This document shows positions 1 to 10,888 of a stretch of DNA of 64,000 nt, in pieces. A model generated the notes under the pieces. That model did no database searches and was not told the origin of the DNA. It saw only the letters and a program-made list of their open reading frames with translations. Within the stretch, counting starts at the first letter, position 1. Every line of letters starts with the position of its first letter. The position numbers and the translations under genes were made by a program. The DNA comes from Bacteroidia bacterium. GTDB taxonomy: Bacteria; Bacteroidota; Bacteroidia; Palsa-965. The stretch is from positions 32,245 through 96,244 of the forward strand of contig JBIJCF010000006.1 in assembly GCA_044344795.1 (NCBI GenBank), read 5' to 3'.

Positions 1-608
1 ATCAGCGTCCGGATTTGGATGTAATGTCATTTCGATTTAGAACGCTTTACATCTTTAATAAAAGAAAGTTTTCATACAATGCCGCCTATTTCAATACACA
101 TCGGCAGATTAAGTCCGCAGGGACTTGGCTCGCAGTCGGCAACTTTTATAATTATAAGGTGGCTTCCGATTCAGCAATTATTCCATTTAATGCACGACCG
201 TTTTATGGCAACTGGAATCGTATGAATCAATATGGTGTGATTGGTATTTCTGCAGGAGTAGGAGCATCGTATACACTTGTGTTATTTAAACGATTATACG
301 CCAACTTTACTTTGATCGGCGGTCCCGATTTTCAGCACCGAACAATGGTGAGTGAAGAAGATGCGTTAACGAAAAAATACTGGAAGACGGGTTATGCGGG
401 TGATACGCGAATTGCTCTAGGATTAAATTCTAAGAATTTCTTTATGTCCTTGACATATCGTCAGGAGTATAACTCTTATCAACTCACCAACTTTAGAATT
501 GAACCGCGCTTTATTTCGGTTGATTTCAACGTCGGATACCGCTTCCCATTCAAAGAAAGACGTTGGGTAACGAAGTTGAAATCCAATAAGTGGTACCAAT
601 TGTTGTAA
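1..608 (+). CDS. Hypothetical protein, C-terminal part; the ORF is open to the window start. Beta-strand-rich and possibly an outer-membrane protein.
   Basis: The frame is open from nt 3. The ORF track's start at 15 is a TTG, so the gene almost certainly begins upstream of the window. It shows an alternating aromatic/hydrophilic pattern but no recognisable catalytic motif. Confidence 0.35.
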   Translation, partial: QRPDLDVMSFRFRTLYIFNKRKFSYNAAYFNTHRQIKSAGTWLAVGNFYNYKVASDSAIIPFNARPFYGNWNRMNQYGVIGISAGVGASYTLVLFKRLYANFTLIGGPDFQHRTMVSEEDALTKKYWKTGYAGDTRIALGLNSKNFFMSLTYRQEYNSYQLTNFRIEPRFISVDFNVGYRFPFKERRWVTKLKSNKWYQLL

Positions 609-621
609 TCGATTTTGCTTG

Positions 622-2802
622 CTACGTGTTTTCAATAATGTAGCGTGCAACTTTCTCCATCAAGTGTGCGCGGTCTTTACCCAGTACGTTGTGCAAGTGC
701 AAAGGATAAACAAAGTAGTCCAGCTGAACCCCTTGGTCCACGCATGTTTTCAAATATGCCAGACTGTGTTGCCAAACCACCACATCGTCAGAAGTTCCGT
801 GAATGAGCAACAGATTCCCTTCTAAGCGATCAGCATAACGGAACAAACTGGAATTCTTATATCCAACCGGATTTTGCTCAGGAGTGTCCATGTATCGTTC
901 TGTGTACATGATTTCGTAGTAGCTCCAATCAATTACCGGCCCTCCTGCAACACCTGTTTTATAAAGTCCCGGTGCTCTGGTCATCAACGAAGTTGTCATG
1001 AAACCACCATAGCTCCACCCGTATACCGCCATCCGTTTCCCGTCCACATAACGCAGCGAACGCAAATATTCATTTCCTTTTTTCTGGTCAGCAATTTCTT
1101 CGTCTCCTAAATTCCTGAAGGTTGCTTGTTCAAATTCTTTCCCACGATTTTCACTTCCACGCCCGTCAACAGTAAATACAACAAAACCTTGTTGCGCCAT
1201 GTAGTACAGAAATAAATCACTTCCGCCCAACCACGATTTGGTAATCAACTGTGCATTCGGTCCATTGTACACATACGTGAGCGAAGGATATTTTTTCGTG
1301 GAATCAAAATCAGCAGGTAAAAACATTCTGCACCACAAATCCGTTTTATCGTCTGCAGCTTTTATTGAGAATAATTTCATAGAACATGCTTTGTAATCCT
1401 GTAACGGGTTACGAGAAGTTTTTAAATTATTAATCAGCTTGCCACTGTTGTTGTAAACGTCAATTTCTCTTGGAATTTCGGGCGAAGAAAAATTGGAAAT
1501 GAAACGCGTATACGAATCATTAAACGACGCACGTACCACTCCGTTCGTTCGGCTAATGGCAGTGTTGGTAGCATCGGATATTTTTACTTTATAAATAACA
1601 CGTGTAATATCACCAAACGGAACTCCTTCGTAATAGGCGAATTCTCCTTTCGCATCAACACCAAAAAAATCAGTAACAATTATTCCTCCGGTTCCGTTGG
1701 CTTGTGGTGTTGGTGTAAGTTTAATAACTACTTGACCTTTCGTATTATATAAATACAAGGCATTACAACCTTCTGCTTCGCTTTGCCAAATAAATTGATC
1801 GAGGCGACCCGGCATGAAAACCATGGGATGTAGCGGTTGCACATACTTTTCGTCCTTTTCTTCAAAAATGGTCTCTTCGAAAGCACCTGATGCTGCATTG
1901 TAACGATTCATTTTTAAATAATTCTGATCACGGTTTAATACCGCAACATAAATTGACGCATTATCAGGTGTCCAGGCTACGTTGGTTAAGTATTGCTCTT
2001 TGGGTTCGCCGGTTTGTATTGGAACTTGTTTTCCCGTCTCGATATCGTAAACGATTAAAGTAACCTGATGACTTTTCGCTCCAGCCATTGGATATTTAAT
2101 TTGACGTGATCGCGCAGGCTGCTCACCAACCTCTATAATCGGATAATCCGTTACCATGGTTTGATCCATACGATAGTAAGCCAGATAGCGCCCATTTGGC
2201 GACCAAAAAGTTCCTTTATGAATACCGAACTCATCACGATGCACACTTTGTCCATTAACAATGTTTACATCTGCATCATTGGTAATTGAAATAATTTGTT
2301 CGCCCTTTGCAATGAATAAATTATTGCCTGAGGTGAATGCGATCGCACCGGTTGGCGCTTCATCGAAATTAGCAGCACCCGCAGGAAATGCCGGATTACG
2401 TTGTGCAGTAACTTTTTTCGATTTGGTATTGTAACGCATCTTGTAAGCTCCGTTTTCGTACTCGAATTCCACCGGCGTAACCCAATTCAAGAATGGCATG
2501 TATTCCAGTAATTCTGCTCCCTGAAGTTTTAATGCAGCCGTCTTTTCATTCAACTCATTTAACGTTACTAACTTCTTTGCAGCACCTTTTGAATCCGCAT
2601 CATTAATCATCACGGTAAAGCGACTGTCGATAACATCAACATAGGAATATTGTTTTCCTCCCGGAATCCATGTCAACTGGGCGAGACCTTGAGGGGAAAG
2701 TTGTCCGCGTTTAAGAATGATATCCGATGTAGATAACATCTTCTGTTGTGCAACTGATACAACGTAAAACAATACGAAGACAAAAGTGAGAATCCGTTTC
2801 AT
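622..2802 (-). CDS. S9 family serine peptidase, dipeptidyl-peptidase IV-like (DPPIV N-terminal beta-propeller plus prolyl-oligopeptidase alpha/beta hydrolase domain).
   Basis: 726 aa with a signal peptide. It carries the catalytic nucleophile-elbow motif GWSYGG (VYGWSYGGFMT) and a C-terminal Asp/His region (LLIHGTSDDVV...HNV). Domain order is typical of DPP4. Confidence 0.85.
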   Translation of the reverse strand: MKRILTFVFVLFYVVSVAQQKMLSTSDIILKRGQLSPQGLAQLTWIPGGKQYSYVDVIDSRFTVMINDADSKGAAKKLVTLNELNEKTAALKLQGAELLEYMPFLNWVTPVEFEYENGAYKMRYNTKSKKVTAQRNPAFPAGAANFDEAPTGAIAFTSGNNLFIAKGEQIISITNDADVNIVNGQSVHRDEFGIHKGTFWSPNGRYLAYYRMDQTMVTDYPIIEVGEQPARSRQIKYPMAGAKSHQVTLIVYDIETGKQVPIQTGEPKEQYLTNVAWTPDNASIYVAVLNRDQNYLKMNRYNAASGAFEETIFEEKDEKYVQPLHPMVFMPGRLDQFIWQSEAEGCNALYLYNTKGQVVIKLTPTPQANGTGGIIVTDFFGVDAKGEFAYYEGVPFGDITRVIYKVKISDATNTAISRTNGVVRASFNDSYTRFISNFSSPEIPREIDVYNNSGKLINNLKTSRNPLQDYKACSMKLFSIKAADDKTDLWCRMFLPADFDSTKKYPSLTYVYNGPNAQLITKSWLGGSDLFLYYMAQQGFVVFTVDGRGSENRGKEFEQATFRNLGDEEIADQKKGNEYLRSLRYVDGKRMAVYGWSYGGFMTTSLMTRAPGLYKTGVAGGPVIDWSYYEIMYTERYMDTPEQNPVGYKNSSLFRYADRLEGNLLLIHGTSDDVVVWQHSLAYLKTCVDQGVQLDYFVYPLHLHNVLGKDRAHLMEKVARYIIENT

Positions 2803-2808
2803 GGTTAT

Positions 2809-3081
2809 TTATAATGTGATGATACCTTCAATTTTAGATGCCTGCTCGTAAATAGCAATTACACTCTCCGGGCTTAACATGACTTCCTTTGCTGTAATGC
2901 CGGTATATTTTCCTTTAGATGAAGGCATGGTTGAAATTTCGGCATTTTCGGAAAACAAAGCTTCCACCAGCGCCATATTTCGATTGTCGGAAGTTATAAT
3001 GAACTTAAACATATATAGCTTCGGCCAATCTTTATCTTCTTGTAATTTCTTCAGTAGTTCTGAATAATCAGTGTTTGCCAT
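2809..3081 (-). CDS. DUF493 / YbeD-like small protein.
   Basis: 90 aa. It shares conserved blocks with E. coli YbeD: MPSSKGKYTGITA ~ KPSSKGNYHSVSI, and C-terminal YEQASKIEGIITL ~ YEELGKIDIVRMVL. Confidence 0.7.
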   Translation of the reverse strand: MANTDYSELLKKLQEDKDWPKLYMFKFIITSDNRNMALVEALFSENAEISTMPSSKGKYTGITAKEVMLSPESVIAIYEQASKIEGIITL

Positions 3082-3082
3082 G

Positions 3083-3454
3083 TTATAAATATCCTCCTAA
3101 TTTTCTGCGGTCTCTTTTTGTCGGACGACCTTTGCCTGTAAAGAATACAGAAGGTATCACTTCTTTCGCCACTTTTAATTTTTCATATTCTTCTTGTGGA
3201 GTTAAGTCCTCCATGTACTTTATCACTAAGGCTGCACCTACTCTGGATGTAGGGAAATCAATAACGCGCACTGTTCTGGTGATCATTCCTGTTTTAAACG
3301 AAATAACATCACCAACAATCAATTCTTTGGATGGTTTGGTCGGCTGATCATTCCATTTGATTTTACCCCCTTTAACAGCAGTAGCGGCAAGTGTACGTGT
3401 TTTAAATAAGCGCACGCACCACAACCATTTATCGATCCTGTTATTGGCTTCCAA
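3083..3454 (-). CDS. hslR: Ribosome-associated heat-shock protein Hsp15 (S4-domain RNA-binding protein).
   Basis: The S4 motif RIDKWLWCVRLFKTRTLA matches E. coli HslR LDKWLWAARFYKTRALA. GGK..N.QPTKPSK and the basic C-terminus are also conserved. Confidence 0.8.
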   Translation of the reverse strand: MEANNRIDKWLWCVRLFKTRTLAATAVKGGKIKWNDQPTKPSKELIVGDVISFKTGMITRTVRVIDFPTSRVGAALVIKYMEDLTPQEEYEKLKVAKEVIPSVFFTGKGRPTKRDRRKLGGYL

Positions 3455-3521
3455 AGCATACCAAAGGTAAGCACTTTACGTCGGGTTTCGCGGATTCACA
3501 GGAAGCGGTACTTTTGCACCT

Positions 3522-4394
3522 ATGGTAATTTATAATCCTAAAGATTGGTTCAAACTCATCTTTGCGTTTCACAAGAGCGATACGTTCCGAATGTTGATTC
3601 CTGCTTTGTTCACTATTGCAATAGTATGCTTTGGAATTGTCTATATCGAAATTGAAGTGTGGCACATGAAATACAAGAGCACGATAGCGATGCATTCGCT
3701 GTTAGGTTTTGTTATTTCGTTGTTGTTAGTTTTTAGAACCAATACAGCATACGACCGTTGGTGGGAGGGAAGAAAAATGTGGGGAGCGTTCGTAAATCAT
3801 TCGCGTAGCCTGGCAACTAAAATTGAGGTTGCCGTTGATGTTTCGCTAAAAACGGAACGTGCTAAAATGAACGCACTATTGTGCAATTATTTCATTGCTG
3901 CAAAAGATCACCTGCGTGGTGTGCGAAGCAGTAAAGAGTGGAAAGTCGTTTCGGGCTTAGATAATGATACCATTGTTATGGCCGATCACGTTCCTAATAG
4001 AATCATCGTGGAACTCAGTCGCGAAATAGAATCGCTGCGTAAGGCAGGTAAGATATCAGATATGCAATGGCTGAGCATGCAGGATGAACTTCGTATGTAT
4101 AGTGAATCGTTGGGTGCATGTGAACGAATTCGTTCAACTCCGATTCCGTACTCTTATAGTTTGTTCATTAAGAAAATCATCTTCCTCTACACGTTAACAA
4201 TGCCATTTGGCTTTGTAACAGATTTCGGTTATTGGACGATTCTGGTCACCACGTTCATCTTCTATGCGTTTGCAAGTTTGGAGTTAATCGCAGAAGAGAT
4301 AGAAGATCCATTTGGAACCGACGCCAATGATTTACCAACCGATGAACTTGCAGGAAAGATCGGTAAACAGATCGACGATATTCTTAAAGTTTAG
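3522..4394 (+). CDS. Bestrophin / UPF0187 (YneE) family putative anion channel.
   Basis: 290 aa with two N-terminal TM segments followed by RTNTAYDRWWEGRKMWG, the characteristic bestrophin-family block. Confidence 0.65.
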   Translation: MVIYNPKDWFKLIFAFHKSDTFRMLIPALFTIAIVCFGIVYIEIEVWHMKYKSTIAMHSLLGFVISLLLVFRTNTAYDRWWEGRKMWGAFVNHSRSLATKIEVAVDVSLKTERAKMNALLCNYFIAAKDHLRGVRSSKEWKVVSGLDNDTIVMADHVPNRIIVELSREIESLRKAGKISDMQWLSMQDELRMYSESLGACERIRSTPIPYSYSLFIKKIIFLYTLTMPFGFVTDFGYWTILVTTFIFYAFASLELIAEEIEDPFGTDANDLPTDELAGKIGKQIDDILKV

Positions 4395-5683
4395 TTTTTT
4401 AAGCTGAATCGTTCAGTAGCCATTTCTTCAATGGCTTTACCAATCGCCAGACATGCTGTTGCTGCAGGACTTGGAGCATTTAATACGTGGATGGCGTTGC
4501 CGTGATATTCAATTTTAAAATCGTCTATCATGTTTCCTTCAGGTGATAATGCCATAGCACGCACTCCGCAACGACTTGCAACAATATCATCTTCTTCCAA
4601 AGTTGGAATAAGTGTACGTAATCGTTTCAGGAAAAATGCTTTTGAAAATGCACCACGATATTCGTCCCATCCGAATTTCAGATTTTTTCCGAAGAACTTC
4701 CAAGTGCCGCCAAAGCTTAGTGCTTCAGCCGTGTCGCCCAAACTGAAAGAAGTTTTGGAATAACCTTCGCGTTTGAAAACGAAAACTGCGTTAGGCCCGC
4801 ATTCTACACCACCATGAACCATGCGCGTAAAGTGAACTCCCAAAAACGGATACTTCGGATTAGGAACGGGGTAGATGAGGTGTTTAACCTTACTTAATCC
4901 TTTTTCAGTTAAATCGTAATAGTCACCACGGAAACCTACAATTGCCGCATCAGATTTAGCGCCTTCTTTTTTAGCAATACGATCACTGTGCAAACCGGCG
5001 CATGTTACTAGGTATTTAGCATTAAACACGCCGCGATTGGTTACAATATCGGTACTGTCTGCTTTACGAACAAAGTCCTTGGCTTCTGTCGATAAAAACA
5101 CTTTGCTTCCTGTAAATTGTTGCTCCAGCAATTCTCCTAATTTTCGCGTAATGCCCGGGAAGTCAATAATACCGGTACATCCAATGCGAATACCGGCAAT
5201 ACCTTCAACAAAGGGTTCAATGTCTTTAATCTGCTTACTGTCGATCAACTCAATATCTTCAACACCATTTGCAATACCATTGTTATAAACTTTATGCATG
5301 TGCGCCAGTTCGCTTTCATGCGTAGCAACAATTACTTTACCGCAGATGTCGTGTGCAATTTTATGCTCTTTGGCGAATTGAACCAATTCACGACGACCGT
5401 CTACACAATTCTTTGCCTTGTATGAGCCGGGTTTGTAATAAATACCGGAATGTATCACACCCGAATTACGTCCGGTTTGATGCGCAGCCAACGTGCTTTC
5501 CTTTTCAAGAACAGCAACTTTGAGATGAGGATATCGTGAATTGATTTTATAAGCTGCTGCGAGGCCAACACAACCGCCTCCTACAACAACAACGTCGAAA
5601 TGAGAATTTTCCTGATTCACTAGATTATAATTTGAGCAAAGATAACGTGTTCTGTTTCCATTTTGTTTATGAAAATATGCCAT
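4391..5683 (-). CDS. lhgO: L-2-hydroxyglutarate oxidase/dehydrogenase (FAD-dependent).
   Basis: FDVVVVGGGCVGLA Rossmann motif. HQTGRNSGVIHSGIYYKPGS matches E. coli LhgO [20 protein letters not shown]. The NAPSPAATA block is conserved. The true start is probably the in-frame GTG at about 5620 (MNQENSHFDVVVVGGG), which would free room for the divergent hemE promoter. Confidence 0.8.
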   Translation of the reverse strand: MAYFHKQNGNRTRYLCSNYNLVNQENSHFDVVVVGGGCVGLAAAYKINSRYPHLKVAVLEKESTLAAHQTGRNSGVIHSGIYYKPGSYKAKNCVDGRRELVQFAKEHKIAHDICGKVIVATHESELAHMHKVYNNGIANGVEDIELIDSKQIKDIEPFVEGIAGIRIGCTGIIDFPGITRKLGELLEQQFTGSKVFLSTEAKDFVRKADSTDIVTNRGVFNAKYLVTCAGLHSDRIAKKEGAKSDAAIVGFRGDYYDLTEKGLSKVKHLIYPVPNPKYPFLGVHFTRMVHGGVECGPNAVFVFKREGYSKTSFSLGDTAEALSFGGTWKFFGKNLKFGWDEYRGAFSKAFFLKRLRTLIPTLEEDDIVASRCGVRAMALSPEGNMIDDFKIEYHGNAIHVLNAPSPAATACLAIGKAIEEMATERFSLKN

Positions 5684-5716
5684 TTTATGAATCGGTAATG
5701 CGGGTATCTTTACGCC

Positions 5717-6748
5717 ATGAATTTGCAGAACGATTTGATTTTACGTGCGGCACGCGGCGAACAAGTGGAGCGCACTCCTGTATGGTTAATGCGTCAGGCG
5801 GGACGTGTATTGCCTGAATATCGCGAAGTGCGCGCCAAGATGGGCGGATTTATTGAGTTGGTTAAAACTCCTGAATTTGCTGCCGAAGTAACTATTCAAC
5901 CGGTGGATATTTTAGGTGTGGATGCCGCAATTATTTTTTCGGATATTCTCGTAATCCCGGAAGCGATGGGATTGCCTTATAAAATGGTGGAAGCGCGCGG
6001 ACCATGGTTCGAGAAAACCATCACCAGCATGGAAGATGTGGAGCGTGTGCACATCACCGATGGGTATACCGAACTTCAATATGTACACGATGCTTTACGT
6101 TTAACTAAATCATCATTGGGAGGTCGCGTGCCGTTAATCGGTTTTGCCGGTGCGCCTTGGACAATTCTCGCTTACATGGTGGAAGGAAGCGGTTCTAAAA
6201 CTTTTTCTAAAGCCAAGAAGTTTTTATACACGCAACCTAAGGCTGCACATTTGTTGCTGGAGAAGATTGCAATTAGCACTACGCATTATCTTAAAGCACA
6301 AGTGGAAGCGGGTGCAGACATGGTGCAGCTTTTCGATTCATGGGCAGGAATTCTTTCTCCTGCGCAATACAGAGAATTTGCATTGCCGTATATCGCCCAA
6401 ATTTGCGATGAACTGAATACCAAAGTTCCTGTAACTGTCTTCGCAAAAGACGCACACTTTATTCGCAAGGATTTTGCAGCATTGAACTGCAATACAATAG
6501 GCCTTGATTGGACCATGGATGCTACTGAATCGCGTACAATAATTGGTGTGGGGAAAACGCTTCAAGGCAATATGGATCCTTGTTTGTTATACGCGGACGA
6601 AGCCGTTATTGTGCGTGAAACTGAAGCAATGCTGCAACAGTTTGGTCCGCAACGTCATATCGCCAATCTGGGCCACGGTTTGTATCCTGATCTCGAAAAA
6701 TCGAAGGTTAAATTATTTGTTGATACAATTAAGGCCTACCGGCATTAA
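5717..6748 (+). CDS. hemE: Uroporphyrinogen decarboxylase.
   Basis: Canonical N-terminus [21 protein letters not shown]. 343 aa. Confidence 0.95.
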   Translation: MNLQNDLILRAARGEQVERTPVWLMRQAGRVLPEYREVRAKMGGFIELVKTPEFAAEVTIQPVDILGVDAAIIFSDILVIPEAMGLPYKMVEARGPWFEKTITSMEDVERVHITDGYTELQYVHDALRLTKSSLGGRVPLIGFAGAPWTILAYMVEGSGSKTFSKAKKFLYTQPKAAHLLLEKIAISTTHYLKAQVEAGADMVQLFDSWAGILSPAQYREFALPYIAQICDELNTKVPVTVFAKDAHFIRKDFAALNCNTIGLDWTMDATESRTIIGVGKTLQGNMDPCLLYADEAVIVRETEAMLQQFGPQRHIANLGHGLYPDLEKSKVKLFVDTIKAYRH

Positions 6749-6770
6749 TAAATAACGGTAAAGTTTATAT

Positions 6771-9179
6771 TTGATAAACGTTACCCGTATGAACCGTTTT
6801 CTCATCCTCTTGGTTGCGCTTTTGTTTTCCGCAGCCGGTTTCTCTCAAAGCACACAAACAATTCGCGGAACTGTTGTTGATGCAGTTTCAAAATCGCCAC
6901 TTCCCGGCGTAATCGTGATGCTGTTTAAGGACTCGTTACGATTAAAACCTGCCGTAACTGATGTGAACGGCGTATTTCGTTTTGCTGATGTTCATGTCGG
7001 ACGCTATGATCTGCAAGCACGTTTTACGGGATATCAAACACTGTACGCGTCCAATCTGATTCTTACTGCAGGCAAGGAGTTAGTGCTCAATCTGGAAATG
7101 GAAGAGCTGGTGATCAATAAACAGGAAGTAGTTATTACCGCCGATAAGAAAGAAGGCACAGTAAACGAAATGGCGACAGGAAGTGGTCGAATGTTTTCTG
7201 TGGAAGAGACGAATCGTTATGCAGGAAGTCGAGGAGATCCGGCACGTATGGCATCCAACTTTGCCGGTGTTCAGGGCGCTGATGATTCCCGAAATGATAT
7301 TGTCGTACGTGGTAATTCGCCAAGCGGTGTGCTGTGGCGTCTAGAGGGAGTGGATATTCCTAATCCGAATCACTTTGCTATTGAAGGAACTACGGGAGGT
7401 CCAGTGAGTATTTTAAATAATAAAGTGTTGTCGAATTCAGATTTTTTCACGGGTGCATTCGCTGCAGAATATGGTAACAGCATAGCTGCTGCATTTGATT
7501 TGCGTATGCGCAATGGTAACAATGAAAAGTTTGAGTTCAATGGTCAGTTTGGTTTTTTGGGTACGGAGTTATCCGCGGAAGGTCCGCTTAAAAAATCTTC
7601 CGGCGCATCATTCCTGGTGAATTACCGCTATTCGACATTGCGCATGTTTGAAGCTGCGAACATTCCGATTGGAACCGGCGCTGTCCCTTCGTATATGGAT
7701 GGTGCTTTCAAATTGAATTTTCCATTGAAGAACGGTGGCAACCTTTCTTGGTTCGGAATTGGTGGTAATAGTAAAATTGATATTATCGTGAGTGAATACA
7801 CGGCGTATGCAGATGAATTGTACGGAGAAGATAGTCGCGATCAATATTTCAGAAGTGGCATGTTTGTTTCCGGTGTTGTTTATGCAAAGCCACTGAATGA
7901 AACTACATTCTTTCGTGCCGTTGTTGCAGGGAGCAGACGGTATTCTTCTGCACACCATGATTTGGTATGGAGAAGTCCTTCTTTTAATCTCGATTCCATC
8001 ACGCCCAAAATGGGATATCGCAATGATGAAGATCGCGTATCAATGAATTGGTATATTTCAAAAAAACTCTCTTCACGTACAACATTGAAGGCAGGAATGT
8101 TCAACGACTTGTACCGAAATACGCTGCAAGACAGTATTCATAGTGAAGTAACGTTCTTGTTTTATAATCGACAGGATTATTCGGGTTCTTCATTTCTCAT
8201 TCAGCCATACGCACAATTGCGTTTTCGTCCGAACGATAAACTGACATTGAATGCCGGTTTGCACGGACAGTACTTTACACTAAACGGAAGTACAGCCGTG
8301 GAGCCGCGTTTGGGAATGCGCTACGCAATTAACGATCTGAATTCAGTTCATGTTGGAGTGGGTATGCACAGTCAGATGTTGCCGGCATACGTGTATTATT
8401 CGCATCGCCCTTCGTTAACCGCTGATAATAATTTGCACAACAAAAATCTTGATTTCATCAGAAGTTATCATTCCGTGGTAGGGTATGATCGCATTCTTTC
8501 TGAGAGCATGCGTTTAAAAGCGGAGGCGTATTATCAGTACTTGTATGATGTTCCTGTAGATGTTGCTGCATCTTCATTTTCTGTGCTGAATCAAGGTACA
8601 GGATTCAGTCGTTATTTCCCGGATTCGCTGGTAAATTCGGGCACCGGTCAGAATTATGGTGTAGAATTAACGCTTGAAAAGTTCTTTAGTAAAAACTATT
8701 TCTTCATGACCACACTATCTCTGTTTGATGCAACCTATAAAGGAAGTGATGGTGTGACGCGCAATACCGATTTTAATACTCGTTATGCATTTAACGCCTT
8801 AGCAGGAAAGGAATTTAAAATCAACGACAAACAAACCATTCAGTTAGGAACAAAACTGACGATGGCCGGAAAGCGTTGGTATACGCCAATTGATACTGCT
8901 GCATCTGCAATAGAAAATGACGAAGTGTTGGTGGATTCGCTGCGAAATACGGTGCAGTTTTCACGTTCTTATTTGCGTGTAGATATACGCGTGGTATGGC
9001 GCATGAATACAAAAAAGCTTACACATGAAATTGGTATTGACGTAGTCAACGTGTTAAATAGAAAAAATATTTTAGGGTTAACGTATTCGCCTAATCCTGT
9101 AACACCTTCCGCAAATCCGGTGGTGGAACAATATCAATTGGGATTGTTACCGCTGTTCTATTACAGTATTGACTTTTAG
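6771..9179 (+). CDS. TonB-dependent outer-membrane receptor with an N-terminal carboxypeptidase-regulatory-like domain.
   Basis: Signal peptide, then a CarbopepD_reg-like block (IRGTVVDAVSKSPLPGVIVML), a plug domain (DIVVRGNSPSGVLWRLEGVDI), and a long beta-barrel with an aromatic C-terminus. Confidence 0.85.
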   Translation: MINVTRMNRFLILLVALLFSAAGFSQSTQTIRGTVVDAVSKSPLPGVIVMLFKDSLRLKPAVTDVNGVFRFADVHVGRYDLQARFTGYQTLYASNLILTAGKELVLNLEMEELVINKQEVVITADKKEGTVNEMATGSGRMFSVEETNRYAGSRGDPARMASNFAGVQGADDSRNDIVVRGNSPSGVLWRLEGVDIPNPNHFAIEGTTGGPVSILNNKVLSNSDFFTGAFAAEYGNSIAAAFDLRMRNGNNEKFEFNGQFGFLGTELSAEGPLKKSSGASFLVNYRYSTLRMFEAANIPIGTGAVPSYMDGAFKLNFPLKNGGNLSWFGIGGNSKIDIIVSEYTAYADELYGEDSRDQYFRSGMFVSGVVYAKPLNETTFFRAVVAGSRRYSSAHHDLVWRSPSFNLDSITPKMGYRNDEDRVSMNWYISKKLSSRTTLKAGMFNDLYRNTLQDSIHSEVTFLFYNRQDYSGSSFLIQPYAQLRFRPNDKLTLNAGLHGQYFTLNGSTAVEPRLGMRYAINDLNSVHVGVGMHSQMLPAYVYYSHRPSLTADNNLHNKNLDFIRSYHSVVGYDRILSESMRLKAEAYYQYLYDVPVDVAASSFSVLNQGTGFSRYFPDSLVNSGTGQNYGVELTLEKFFSKNYFFMTTLSLFDATYKGSDGVTRNTDFNTRYAFNALAGKEFKINDKQTIQLGTKLTMAGKRWYTPIDTAASAIENDEVLVDSLRNTVQFSRSYLRVDIRVVWRMNTKKLTHEIGIDVVNVLNRKNILGLTYSPNPVTPSANPVVEQYQLGLLPLFYYSIDF

Positions 9180-10828
9180 ATTTTGAAATAGTCTTTCAAA
9201 TCTTCAATCAGCTGTTTCGGATTTTCGAGATGCGCCGACTTCTTGGTTTCAGTATAAACAGTATTCAATTTGTCTCTGTACTGTTTTCTCTCGCTGAGCA
9301 GCCACTGTGCAGCATAGTACAACGCTTTTATGGTTAAATCATTCTCCGGAAGTTTGGAGCTGCTTGACGTGATTTTTTCGTAACGTTTATAACACTCTTG
9401 TACACGCTGATATTCCCCCAAATTGAAATACGCCATAATCAACGTAGCGAACAGCTGGTCGTATAACCGGTGAAACGCCACCTGCTGATAATTGAACAAC
9501 AAACCTTCAAGAAGCTCAGTTACTTTTTTCTGATCACGTTCACTACCCATCAGCAGATAACAACAATAAATATTGTTCATATTGATGTGTCGCATATGCA
9601 TATTCTCTTCATGCCACGATGCGTTTTTAAGAATACGTTCACACGTTGCACGACCAAGTTGAAGCTGTTGCTTAATATCTTCCGGTAAATGTTCATTCCA
9701 ATTTTTTCGATACGATCTGCCGTATTTACTTACAATTCCACTAATCTGAATACTCAGGAATGCGATCTCTGCCGCTTTCAGATAGTTTTTCCAGAACAAT
9801 GGTGTGTTTTTCTTTTGCAACAATCGTGATGCTTCTTTTTGCATTTCCTCCTGCGGAAGTTGCAAAATCAAAAGCTTTAAGCGCAAATAATCAACGTTCA
9901 ATTCAATGTCATCCGAGAATGGAAATACCACGTAGGGATTCTTTTCAAGTTCCTCGGCAATAGTATTTAATTCTGCTAAAGTCTTTTCTGAATAGAAACG
10001 CGGATCGTTTAGAAAATGTAAACTGTAACAACTTCCGTATCTGCTTAGAATCCGAACAGCAAATGACGTATGGTGATGCAGCGATGCGAAAAAACTAAGA
10101 TGCTTTTCATTCTCCACAAGATCTATAACCGACTTGTCCTTGAAATGCAAGTTGCTTCGTATGTAAAGGTACAAACTGTTTAGCGCGAGCTCAGATTCAA
10201 TGTTAATATGATTTCTTTCGAGATAGCGAACGGCTTCCGATTTACGCTCACGTATGTATGCTTGTTGTGCCAGAAACTGAAGAATGGGACGAGCTGTGGA
10301 GTAATCTTCAATTTTTTCTGCAATGTCGAGTGCTATTTCAGCAAGCTGCTCCGCCTTGTTAACTTTAGCTGTATTCACTAACCGCTCTATTCTACCAATA
10401 GTGCTATTGAGGTATGATGGATAATTTCTGCTAAGAAAAGCTGTGAGTTTAAATGCGTGGTGCGCAAGCTGGAAAAATTTTCGTTTTTCTACAGCGCCGG
10501 CTTTTTCGTAAATGAGTTTGCAAAGTTCGTCAGAGTCTTTTTCTGTAATTCCCATTTTCCGGGATTCTTGAATAAGGCGAAGTGGCAATTCGGCTTTAAT
10601 AGTTTTAAAATGTTCGCACAACGCCTCGTAATGGAAGTCGTCGAGTAGGACAATCACTTTCTGTATACTTAGCATATGTCGGTACTTGCTTCTGGCTGTT
10701 GCAACAGAATCTTTATAAAACCTTCGGACTAAAGTTAAACATTTGTCTATGTTAATTGTAATGTCAACGTGTTCGGTCGATTTGATCTTGTTTTCGCGAG
10801 TTGGTATACAAAAACTGATTTTGAACAA
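9176..10828 (-). CDS. Hypothetical all-alpha protein (550 aa) with no recognisable motif.
   Basis: Long ORF with uniform coding composition. Predicted helix-rich with possible TPR-like repeats. No signal peptide and no catalytic signature. Its stop overlaps the convergent TonB-dependent receptor stop by 4 nt. Confidence 0.5.
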   Translation of the reverse strand: MFKISFCIPTRENKIKSTEHVDITINIDKCLTLVRRFYKDSVATARSKYRHMLSIQKVIVLLDDFHYEALCEHFKTIKAELPLRLIQESRKMGITEKDSDELCKLIYEKAGAVEKRKFFQLAHHAFKLTAFLSRNYPSYLNSTIGRIERLVNTAKVNKAEQLAEIALDIAEKIEDYSTARPILQFLAQQAYIRERKSEAVRYLERNHINIESELALNSLYLYIRSNLHFKDKSVIDLVENEKHLSFFASLHHHTSFAVRILSRYGSCYSLHFLNDPRFYSEKTLAELNTIAEELEKNPYVVFPFSDDIELNVDYLRLKLLILQLPQEEMQKEASRLLQKKNTPLFWKNYLKAAEIAFLSIQISGIVSKYGRSYRKNWNEHLPEDIKQQLQLGRATCERILKNASWHEENMHMRHINMNNIYCCYLLMGSERDQKKVTELLEGLLFNYQQVAFHRLYDQLFATLIMAYFNLGEYQRVQECYKRYEKITSSSSKLPENDLTIKALYYAAQWLLSERKQYRDKLNTVYTETKKSAHLENPKQLIEDLKDYFKI

Positions 10829-10888
10829 TTAAAGAGATTTTTTTTCACTCGACAGAGAACTGATGTTTGTCCAACCTAATTTTAAATA

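Noticed and set aside
3441-3695. Minus-strand 84-aa ORF spanning the hslR / bestrophin-like intergenic region. Similar short internal or antisense ORFs occur throughout (for example 6144..6416, 16796..17119, 22399..22602, 41481..41702).
   Set aside because: They overlap well-supported longer genes or promoter regions, lack motifs, and are expected six-frame noise.
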